Below, piece by piece: positions 8,326 through 15,867 of a stretch of 17,094 nucleotides of DNA. Source of the stretch: Candidatus Heimdallarchaeota archaeon (GTDB taxonomy: Archaea > Asgardarchaeota > Heimdallarchaeia > JABLTI01). The DNA lies in the NCBI GenBank assembly GCA_019056785.1, contig DXJV01000097.1, positions 1-17,094 on the forward strand. Direction: 5' to 3'. The stretch's first letter is position 1, and every line of letters starts with the position of its first letter. The translations under genes were made by a program, and so were the position numbers. The notes under the pieces were generated by a model. That model worked only from the letters and a program-made list of their open reading frames with translations, was not told the origin of the DNA and ran no database searches.

Positions 8326-9966
8326 TTATTTTACTGTTTGATAATTTCCATAGGTGGTTAAAAATGTCCAGAGAACATAATTGTATAACCGGTTTATTGC
8401 GGGGTCGGTAATTTTCAGCTCGAAAAAGTCATTCAATTTGGTTGTTACTTCCTGGTCGTTGGTTTCGAGGCTTATGGCATGATTGGCTCCTGGGCGCAAG
8501 TATTGCATTAGTTCTAAACATTGTTTGGATGGTCGCAATGGTAGTTTGACTTTTTTGACCGACCCGAACCTGCAAAGGTTGTTCTTGTGGAGAAACGGCA
8601 TTAGGTTCATGTTTTGCTTGCTGGCAAGCATTTGGACAAGTTGTAGTGGTGGATTTGTCCTGTTCTTTTCATAGGAGGTAAGAGTAAAATAAGAGAGCTG
8701 TAGGCTATTTGCCAGTTCTGTTCGCGACCAATTGTTTTCCCATCTAAATTGTTTGAGTAAATCTCCCATCTGTAAAACGGTGATTCGTTGGTCCATAAGG
8801 CTGAAGTCAAAAAAGCCTTCTGAAGTCAAGTTTGCTGTTCTTATTCCTTGAAATGCTTCTATCTCTCCATTTCGCCTTCGAGAAAGGAGAGTTTGTAATT
8901 CTTTTTTCTTTTCAGGATGCCAGGAACCTATTGCTTCAGCAACTTTCTGCCGGCTCCCAGAATAAACGTACATAGAGATTCCGGGGAATGTCTCCTTCAC
9001 ACGGAACTTCACTTCTAGTTCGGAAAAATATTGCTGCAAATCACTGATCACTTTTTCAGATATCGACGAGAAAACCATTGTTCTTCGGTAGGACGCGTCT
9101 GCATCGAACAGCCCCCGCCAATAGGCTCCACGAAAGTGTGACCATCGTTGCTCCCGGAGAAAGAGCGGTTCCCGTAACGAATGATATTTCCTCCCGAAGG
9201 TATGGCCTGTTAAAAAGTTAACAAACCGGACAACCCATTTACTATTGATAAAGAGGAGAAAATAGTTGCCGGTTTTGCCTTCTTTGAAATCCCCCTTCAC
9301 CTGGAATAATTCTTGGCAAAAGGATAAGAGCTGCTTTACTTGCTCTCTTGAATAATCCACGATGTGAAACATGTGCTTTTTAAGGTGCCCGTCGCCATCG
9401 ATGATTCCTAGAATATAGACGAGTTTTTCCGTCAAAACAAGGGGAATAGTGGAGCGCTCACCTTTCGCTGATTGGAGGAGGATCTTTTGTTCTTTTGTTA
9501 TTCGCTTGTTGAGCAGGTGCCAGCTTTGGCTCTGAATCCGGACGAGAACGAGGGGGATGCTCTTTCGTTCGAGGTAGCGTTCCAGACGTTTTTTCCAGCT
9601 GGTAATTGATGCATCGTTTAACGCCGACTTGTAGAAATAGTTGCGCCCTGCTTCTGCTGTTGCCCAAAGAGTCGCTTCGAGACTTTCTTTGAGCTCCCGG
9701 TAATAATCTAAGGGTAAAAAGGGCATTCTCGTAAGGATTCGAACGCGTTCGTTTGAGGAGGGATTATTTGCTTGGTTTACGAAATCGATTTTCCTTACTA
9801 CCACTCCAAAGATATTCCAGAGCGGTTGCTGGGAGTACTTCTGCTTGAGGTCAGCATCACCATTCTGTAGCAGGTCGTTTAATGTTCGCCAGCTTGCCAC
9901 TGGCACAGGTTTAAGGTCCAATAGCAAAGGATCCGTTTGCCAGTTCAGTGGAGGAGGTGAGGTCAT
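8326..9966 (-). CDS. Free-standing double-motif LAGLIDADG endonuclease-like protein with an XRE/Cro HTH, copy 2 (546 aa; start re-called at 9966 instead of 10176)
   Basis: YILGIIDGDG (nt about 9388-9417), YWRGLFDADA (about 9094-9123) and HTH LLKQFRWENNWSRTELANSLQLSYFTLTSYEKNRTNP. MTSPPPLNWQTDPLLLD aligns with the N-terminus of copy 1. Both starts read tgagATGAC, and both have the same 24-bp element upstream. Confidence 0.85.
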   Translation of the reverse strand: MTSPPPLNWQTDPLLLDLKPVPVASWRTLNDLLQNGDADLKQKYSQQPLWNIFGVVVRKIDFVNQANNPSSNERVRILTRMPFLPLDYYRELKESLEATLWATAEAGRNYFYKSALNDASITSWKKRLERYLERKSIPLVLVRIQSQSWHLLNKRITKEQKILLQSAKGERSTIPLVLTEKLVYILGIIDGDGHLKKHMFHIVDYSREQVKQLLSFCQELFQVKGDFKEGKTGNYFLLFINSKWVVRFVNFLTGHTFGRKYHSLREPLFLREQRWSHFRGAYWRGLFDADASYRRTMVFSSISEKVISDLQQYFSELEVKFRVKETFPGISMYVYSGSRQKVAEAIGSWHPEKKKELQTLLSRRRNGEIEAFQGIRTANLTSEGFFDFSLMDQRITVLQMGDLLKQFRWENNWSRTELANSLQLSYFTLTSYEKNRTNPPLQLVQMLASKQNMNLMPFLHKNNLCRFGSVKKVKLPLRPSKQCLELMQYLRPGANHAISLETNDQEVTTKLNDFFELKITDPAINRLYNYVLWTFLTTYGNYQTVK

Positions 9967-9989
9967 CTCATAGAGTAGTCTCTTTTTTC

Positions 9990-10013
9990 CTAAATAAACT
10001 CCTAGCTCAAAAA
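9990..10013 (-). promoter_or_regulatory. Conserved 24-bp promoter/operator element, copy 2
   Basis: Minus strand TTTTTGAGCTAGGAGTTTATTTAG, ending 23 nt before the ATG at 9966. Confidence 0.7.
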
Positions 10014-10498
10014 GGGAGTGAAAAAACCGTTTGTTCCAAATCGGTGCCATCAAAATCCTAACATTCTCATGAACACTTAGGAGTGAGCATCTGGCTGGTG
10101 AGGAATTATTAGTCATGGCAAAGATTTTTTGTGTAGAAATAATATCATTAGGTTTTAATTCAATAAACTGATACAATATTACAGAAGAGATTCCCTCTTT
10201 TGAATTTACACGAAGAGAGATCTTTATTTTTCCATTAACAAAGATTTGATAGTTTATTCCATTTTTTTTAAGGGAAAAACTGTCAGATTCTTTCCCATTA
10301 ATAATTGGTCTCTTTCAAATTGCTCATTCTTGTATTCACTTGTTTTTATCACCTTTACTTCGATAAACCGCTTAAAGTAAACCATGTGATTCCTATGCTT
10401 ATCTATCAGTGAAAAAATGGTTCTTTTAAGGAGGAGGGGGATTTATTTAGTGTTTTTATGAGCTTATTATAGGAAAGTAAAAAAGGAAAAGAAGAATC

Positions 10499-10786
10499 AT
10501 GATGAAACGTTGGGAACACATTTTTGATTGTTTATCAACGAAAGGGGTTTTTCGAATTATAATTTATTTAGCTCGGGAAGAGAACCCGGTTAACTTTTCT
10601 CAAATAGATAAAAATATTCCCAGTATTGGAAAACAAGCCATAAATACTGCGACCTTGTGTTTAATACTCAATGGGTTGGTAGAAGAAAAGCGTGAGCCGA
10701 AGCATAATCAACGCTTACTTTGTTTAACACCTTTTGGAAGAAGGATTGGTCAATACCTTCTCGGGCTTTTAGAAATACAAGAGTGA
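10499..10786 (+). CDS. Winged-HTH transcriptional regulator, HxlR/MarR/ArsR-like (95 aa)
   Basis: Pattern LSTKGVFRIIIYL..NFSQI..I...AINTAT..L...GLVEE.......LTPFGRRI; the GLV and LTxxG wing motifs are typical of this group. Confidence 0.75.
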   Translation: MMKRWEHIFDCLSTKGVFRIIIYLAREENPVNFSQIDKNIPSIGKQAINTATLCLILNGLVEEKREPKHNQRLLCLTPFGRRIGQYLLGLLEIQE

Positions 10787-10857
10787 ATGGTTCTAATTAT
10801 TTTGCAATTTTGTATTTACCAAAATAAAGTTGACAGAGTTTCAAGGAGAAAAAATCA

Positions 10858-11043
10858 TTACTGCTCGTCTTTCTCAACGAGTTTACTATTGCTAATTATC
10901 CTTGTTTTTGTTATGATAAGGTTTTGTTGTTTCACAGCAGTGGTCTCTTCTATTTTTTCGAGGAATTCATTCTCTGGTGCTGTTGAGCTAAAGAGTTGTC
11001 TATAGGAGGCTAACCCTGCTGTTGATGACTTTTTCACAACCAT
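10858..11043 (-). CDS. Small hydrophilic hypothetical protein (61 aa)
   Basis: ATG start with AAGGAG about 11 nt upstream on the minus strand. The composition is protein-like, but no motif was recognised. Confidence 0.4.
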   Translation of the reverse strand: MVVKKSSTAGLASYRQLFSSTAPENEFLEKIEETTAVKQQNLIITKTRIISNSKLVEKDEQ

Positions 11044-11300
11044 TATTCATCCAACTCCTTTTGTTATACTCTATTATTTAATAGCCACCAACTCTATATT
11101 TTTTCCTATTATTTGTAGTGGCCGGAAAAAAGCATTGTGCTATTACCCTCTAAGCTATTGCCAGTTTAGAGATAAAAGAGAGTTATAATGAACATCCACT
11201 GTTTTTCTTTTTAATTGAAAACTTCTTGTTTATTAGAGGAGAAAGATCTATCTTTTTATAGGCTATTATATCATTTTAAGATGCCAATGAGGTGTTCCTT

Positions 11301-11762
11301 ATGAGCTCTATACCCTTTTTTGATGAAGCAGGTGAACACTTGAAAATAGGTTTCCTTGCTAATAAATTACTTCAAATATTAGACAGAGATGGTACCATTA
11401 CTGAGAAAGAATGCTGGATAATCCAGAACGGAATTGCCTTTTTAAAACAAGCAGAAGCAGGTCGTAAACAGGTCATAACCGGCAAACTCACAAGAGATGC
11501 AGTGATGGCAAGTGATGCCTATACTCGTGCAATTTTTGCCTACAATCAAATGAGTAAAGAGAATGGAAAAAAAAGCTTCGAACAATTAATCAAAGACGTG
11601 ATTAAAGAGCTTCAAAAAGTCAAAGACATCAAGCAAACGAAAGCTAAGAACAATGCATTATCTATTTCTTTCTTTAGTTGTCTTGTTGATTTTTCTCTTA
11701 GCGGCTTGTCTGAAAACCGGCTTAAAAATCCCTTTGAGAAAAGGGACACCATATTCTTGTAA
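11301..11762 (+). CDS. Hypothetical alpha-helical protein (153 aa; ATG 11301 preferred over GTG 11292)
   Basis: Open frame with a GAGGTG SD at 11289-11294, 6 nt before ATG 11301. Amphipathic helical pattern; family not recognised. Confidence 0.7.
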   Translation: MSSIPFFDEAGEHLKIGFLANKLLQILDRDGTITEKECWIIQNGIAFLKQAEAGRKQVITGKLTRDAVMASDAYTRAIFAYNQMSKENGKKSFEQLIKDVIKELQKVKDIKQTKAKNNALSISFFSCLVDFSLSGLSENRLKNPFEKRDTIFL

Positions 11763-11931
11763 CAAACCATCCTTCTTCATCATTTATTTAATTAATCCAA
11801 ATGTCAGGATGGATTCATGGGTCAAATTCTGATGGACCATCTATCCCGCTTTAGTTTCCACAAGTCCTTTTTGTCCTTTTGTAGCTTTTTAAGCAAAATT
11901 TGCAGAGAAAAATACTAGCAGTAGAGGAGAG

Positions 11932-14900
11932 TTGCTTTTGGTTAGCACTGATAAATTAACAGCGTCGTCTAAAATAACGACAGATGCTCCTTCTTCGCAG
12001 AAGTTTGTAACTTCTTTTAATTCTCATCGCCCACGAACGATCACAGAAATTTTGGCGCATTTTCCACTGTTAACCTCCGGGCAACTGCCCAGAGAGTTGC
12101 TGGAGAAACTCTTCGAACAAAAAGGCTCCTTTGGTGTTCTCTTGAGAGCTAATGGCGCATTTTCCACTCGTTCTCACACTCCTTCTTTTAGTTCACGGGC
12201 AACTTCTCAAGCGGAGGAGCTTTCGCTTGACATGCAAATAGCTTTAATTGCTGCCTTGAATGCCAGTCGGGTCGAAGACCGTACAACAGTGCTCTTAGTT
12301 AACACTACTCGTGAAGCTAAACGTGCTATAGCCTTTCTTCTCCAAGCTTTTGGTCCCTTGTGCCGAATTTCTTCTACGAACAGCAGTCTCTCCACTTTTG
12401 TTCCTTGTGACCTGTTTTCTGATGTCAGGATTGTTATAGGCACCTATCGTTCTTTTCTCCGAAAACTGCTTACTGACGACCTTCCTTCTTTTCAAACGGT
12501 TGTTCTTGTTCACCCTCCTTATTGGTCAAGTTCCAGGATGTTTGCTACTCTGCTCTTGGATATCCTTCTCCTTCGGCTTCGTTTTACTGCTAAGCAGCGG
12601 TCCTCAGTAAGAACGATCTTTGTTTGCCGTTCTGTTGCTACTAAGCCAGCAAACGAAGTGAGAAATAATGCCGAAGAGCTTTCCCTGTGGGAATTCTTCA
12701 TCACTTGGCTGAATGTTCCTTTTTTTCTCTTAAAACACTCGAGTGAATCGCCAGCCACCACTTGCCACTCGTCACTCTCTTCGTTTTTTTCTGCTCCTTT
12801 CCCAAGAACCCCGGCTGATAGTTTTGCGCCATTATTTTTTCCGGCCATTTTTTCATCTGAGCGGTCATTTTCCCAACTTGTCCTTCTTCCAATGCTTGCT
12901 GTCCTCTTTCGTCGTCACCTCTCCCGGAAACAGCTCTTTTTTGAGCTGAAGCAAAGCATTGTTTATCGTCTGTTTCGAGCTCGAAAGGCAACCAGGCGAC
13001 TGCTCATTAATGCTCCCGACCGTCTTTCCCTCGAGAAAACTTTTGAGAAATTGCTCTATAAAGCGTTTCACTTATTGAGCCGCCCTTCCTTAGGTGGGTT
13101 CCGTTTGATTATTCCTTCCCATAATCGTTATACTCTTTCCAAATTCGCTGAAGAGTTTCTTATTGCTTTAACATATAGCCGGGCTAACTTGGCTTCGATT
13201 ATTGCGTTCCTACTCTTTCTCTGTTCTTCCGCTCGAGAAGGCACGCTTAATTGGGAAGCATTGGTCCGTTATCTTGGTTCTTCTTTTCCTTTAGAGAGCA
13301 ACTTCCACGCAAGCGCTTCCTTTGATCAGCTGGCTGCCTTTATTCAAACTATCCGCTTACAGCTGGCTGCCCTGACCCCGGAGGAGCGCTCCTCCCCTTC
13401 TCGTGCGCTTGCTTCTTCGAAGAAGCTTGCCGCTTTATTTCGCTCGAAAAACTTTTCCTTCCAGGATTTCCAATTTGTTCAACTGGTCGCTGCTATTGGC
13501 TCTCAATTTTCTGATGAACCTCTCCTTTCTCAAACGCTTGGTCTCATTAAAACACAGATGCTGAAAAGCTTCTTTTCTTCCAATACCCCTCGTAAAAAGT
13601 ATTCGCTTTATAATCGTCAACGGGCAAAGGAGCTGCTCCTTTCTGAGCTTCTGCATTCTCCTACGGCTCGAACTGCTACTGATCTGGCGCTTACTCTTCA
13701 GCTGGACAAGAAATTGGTTGACCGGCTTCTTCGATCGTTGGCGCAGAAAGGCGATGCTCTCATCTCTTCTCAGACGGTTGTCACGGCTTCGGGTCGCAGG
13801 AGTTATTTCGGTCTTTCCTCCTCCTTCCCCTTTTACTTTAAGCATTCTTGCAGCGAATGCCAATTCTACTCTCCTGTGGGAAATTGCACTGTCTACCAAA
13901 CGCTCGGTCGTTTTGCTCCGCATAAAGTCCCCATACTCTACCGGCAAAGAGCAGAGAGACAGCTTAAGCCTTCTACTGTTGCTTGCTCTCTTTTTCTCCT
14001 AAAAGAATTGCGAAAAGACACTCTTTCACTCGAGGTTTTTGCTTCAAAAACACGGGCGGTTCATTCTTTGACGCCTGAAGGGGTGCTCTTTGAACATCAT
14101 TGTCTTTATTGTTCTGCCTTACTTCCTTCTTTTGGCTCGGACTTTCTTCCAAAGGTGGGAACAAGTGCGCAGAGTTGTCCATCTTGTGGTTCCATTTACA
14201 AATTAACCCGACAGAAACAGAAGCAAAAAGGCAACACTAAGGGGGCTTCAGAAAGTTCTCCGGAAGAGCTTATTTTTGTGAGTTGTTTGGAAAATCGGTT
14301 AAATGCTTTTAATGACCTCTTGTATGACTTGTCCGGACTTTCCTGGGAGCATCTCTGGCGTCAACAAACTTCCTCTTCTTCCCATGGCATGACCATTAGA
14401 ATAGGTGAGCATGTGTCGCTGCAAGGGGAATTTCTAATCGTTGAGAATATCGCTAAAAAGATCTCTGATTTAGACTATCTTTACAGTTCCATTCCTCTTC
14501 CTTCGTCTCTTGTCTCTAAACTCGAGTCTGCGGGAGTAACTGTTCGATTCAATTTTTCGCTCGTTGAAGAAGCTTCTGAATCTTCGGCTGTTGGGAATAA
14601 TAATCTTGTGTCGCCAGAAAGCAATGGTTGTTGTTCACATGACGGGGTGGGTCGAAATCCCTTCAAGAACTCCTCCAGTGCTCAGCAATTAACCCCGGAC
14701 CAATGTCTTGCCTTAAAAGCTCTGCGAATCACCGGGTTATTAACAGCACCCTTCCTACGGGCTAATGTCCTTTCGCGTTGGGCTGTTACCATACAACTCT
14801 TTCCTCTCCTTAGTCGTTATTCTTCTGACGCTCTCGAGGAGCGCTCCCTTCCCCTTCACTCTTTCGAGTGGGAATTCTTGGATGTTCTCTTACGTTCCCG

Positions 14901-15867
14901 TGTTGTTAGCCATGCTTTTACTTTTCGCCTTTGTGAAGGCTTAGCAGGAGCTATCATGTGGTCCTTTCTTAAGGAGGTTTTTGATCGCCACGGCTTGCGG
15001 ATGTTCTCTCGAGTGCGGGACCGTTACGTAAGGGATAAGCTGTTCTTCCCTCATAAACGAACGCTAGCTTATTCCGCAATGAGTGCTCTTGTTAATTTCT
15101 TTCTTTTATTGGTACAGGATCGATTGCAATTGCTTCATCTTGATTTAGCTCTTGGCTGGAAAGGTTCGCCGGGATTAATTCATGGAACAAAGAAAACATC
15201 TGCACTTGACAGCTTGGGCTTCTTTCTTGACTTTATTGATATTATAAAAATCGCTGCTTTCTTGTTCGTTGCTCAGCTGGTGCATGAAGAAGCACTTGGG
15301 TTTGATGATGTTGAAGTGACAATTGGGAGAGCTGGGATCTCATTATATGCTGTTAAACCTTCAGCCATTCGCAAATTAGAGCAGCTTGTGGACCTGTTCT
15401 TTGACCAGGAGGTTTATTATTTGTCAAAAAAGCTCTCTTTAACGGAAGCTTATCGTTTATATACAACTCATTTCTATGACTTGTTGGCAGCTATTGCCGA
15501 ACAACTTAAGAACACTTACTCCTCCTTTCCATCATCAACAGGAGGAGAGGGAACCTTACCATTATCTTCTTGGCTCGAGCGCTGGGAAACCTTGCCGGAA
15601 GAGCAGCGAAAAAAGCTCTTTGAGTCTCTTTATTTATTAGTTTCAAGTATTCCTTGCGTTAACTCTTACTCTCCTTTAAGTTATCTGCCCTCTTCCCTTG
15701 TTGAGCGCCGAGAAAAGCTCCTCAGCTTTTTACCCTCAATCGAGGACTTCCCCGTTAATCTTTCCTGGGAAGAACAGCTCTTGCATAAGAACGGTGTCGC
15801 TAATTTTGTTTCTTTAACTAGAAAATTATCCTGGAGGTTGTTCGAAGATGAAAGGCAAGGAGATTAA
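11932..15867 (+). CDS. Multidomain Cas1-like protein: inactivated Hel308/Ski2-like helicase domain + WH + wHTH + two Cys4 clusters + diverged Cas1 (1311 aa; start TTG 11932 or 11938)
   Basis: Cas1 N-terminal beta-domain pattern at aa about 820-873 (VSLQGEFLIV...ISDLDYLY...LVSKLESAGVTVRF). Cas1 helical-domain motifs: LCEGLAGAIMW (E1002), FSRVR, SALVNF, and GLIHG...FFLDFIDIIK (H1084, D1100, D1103; compare E. coli Cas1 GFVH...FVYDIADIIK). GAGGAG SD at 11924-11929. Confidence 0.8.
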   Translation: MLLVSTDKLTASSKITTDAPSSQKFVTSFNSHRPRTITEILAHFPLLTSGQLPRELLEKLFEQKGSFGVLLRANGAFSTRSHTPSFSSRATSQAEELSLDMQIALIAALNASRVEDRTTVLLVNTTREAKRAIAFLLQAFGPLCRISSTNSSLSTFVPCDLFSDVRIVIGTYRSFLRKLLTDDLPSFQTVVLVHPPYWSSSRMFATLLLDILLLRLRFTAKQRSSVRTIFVCRSVATKPANEVRNNAEELSLWEFFITWLNVPFFLLKHSSESPATTCHSSLSSFFSAPFPRTPADSFAPLFFPAIFSSERSFSQLVLLPMLAVLFRRHLSRKQLFFELKQSIVYRLFRARKATRRLLINAPDRLSLEKTFEKLLYKAFHLLSRPSLGGFRLIIPSHNRYTLSKFAEEFLIALTYSRANLASIIAFLLFLCSSAREGTLNWEALVRYLGSSFPLESNFHASASFDQLAAFIQTIRLQLAALTPEERSSPSRALASSKKLAALFRSKNFSFQDFQFVQLVAAIGSQFSDEPLLSQTLGLIKTQMLKSFFSSNTPRKKYSLYNRQRAKELLLSELLHSPTARTATDLALTLQLDKKLVDRLLRSLAQKGDALISSQTVVTASGRRSYFGLSSSFPFYFKHSCSECQFYSPVGNCTVYQTLGRFAPHKVPILYRQRAERQLKPSTVACSLFLLKELRKDTLSLEVFASKTRAVHSLTPEGVLFEHHCLYCSALLPSFGSDFLPKVGTSAQSCPSCGSIYKLTRQKQKQKGNTKGASESSPEELIFVSCLENRLNAFNDLLYDLSGLSWEHLWRQQTSSSSHGMTIRIGEHVSLQGEFLIVENIAKKISDLDYLYSSIPLPSSLVSKLESAGVTVRFNFSLVEEASESSAVGNNNLVSPESNGCCSHDGVGRNPFKNSSSAQQLTPDQCLALKALRITGLLTAPFLRANVLSRWAVTIQLFPLLSRYSSDALEERSLPLHSFEWEFLDVLLRSRVVSHAFTFRLCEGLAGAIMWSFLKEVFDRHGLRMFSRVRDRYVRDKLFFPHKRTLAYSAMSALVNFFLLLVQDRLQLLHLDLALGWKGSPGLIHGTKKTSALDSLGFFLDFIDIIKIAAFLFVAQLVHEEALGFDDVEVTIGRAGISLYAVKPSAIRKLEQLVDLFFDQEVYYLSKKLSLTEAYRLYTTHFYDLLAAIAEQLKNTYSSFPSSTGGEGTLPLSSWLERWETLPEEQRKKLFESLYLLVSSIPCVNSYSPLSYLPSSLVERREKLLSFLPSIEDFPVNLSWEEQLLHKNGVANFVSLTRKLSWRLFEDERQGD

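Larger units (their letters stand above)
5934..10013. repeat. Diverged tandem duplication of a cassette of about 2 kb (wHTH gene convergent with a LAGLIDADG-HTH gene)
   Basis: Units 5934-7926 and 8074-10013 have the same gene order and orientation, stop-to-stop gaps of 34 and 30 nt, paralogous proteins and the same upstream element. Confidence 0.85.

Noticed and set aside
6205-9966. Inteins or intron-encoded homing endonucleases
   Set aside because: No Hint splicing motifs, no flanking extein and no interrupted rRNA or tRNA gene; each ORF has its own promoter-like element.
9967-10176. 70-aa N-terminal extension of LAGLIDADG copy 2 in the ORF track
   Set aside because: Homology with copy 1 begins at Met 9966, and the conserved promoter-like element lies inside the supposed extension.
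10787-11005. 72-aa hydrophobic plus-strand ORF
   Set aside because: It overlaps the minus-strand 61-aa ORF, which has an SD and a more natural composition; it is probably the antisense shadow of that ORF.
9967-11931. Possible CRISPR array or leader near the Cas1-like gene
   Set aside because: No repeats of 23-47 nt with regular spacers were found, only short imperfect repeats such as GAAGAGA near 10184-10220.
11932-15867. Classical casposon
   Set aside because: No family B polymerase or terminal inverted repeat is visible, and the domain architecture differs from casposases. This cannot be fully excluded because the right side is outside the window.
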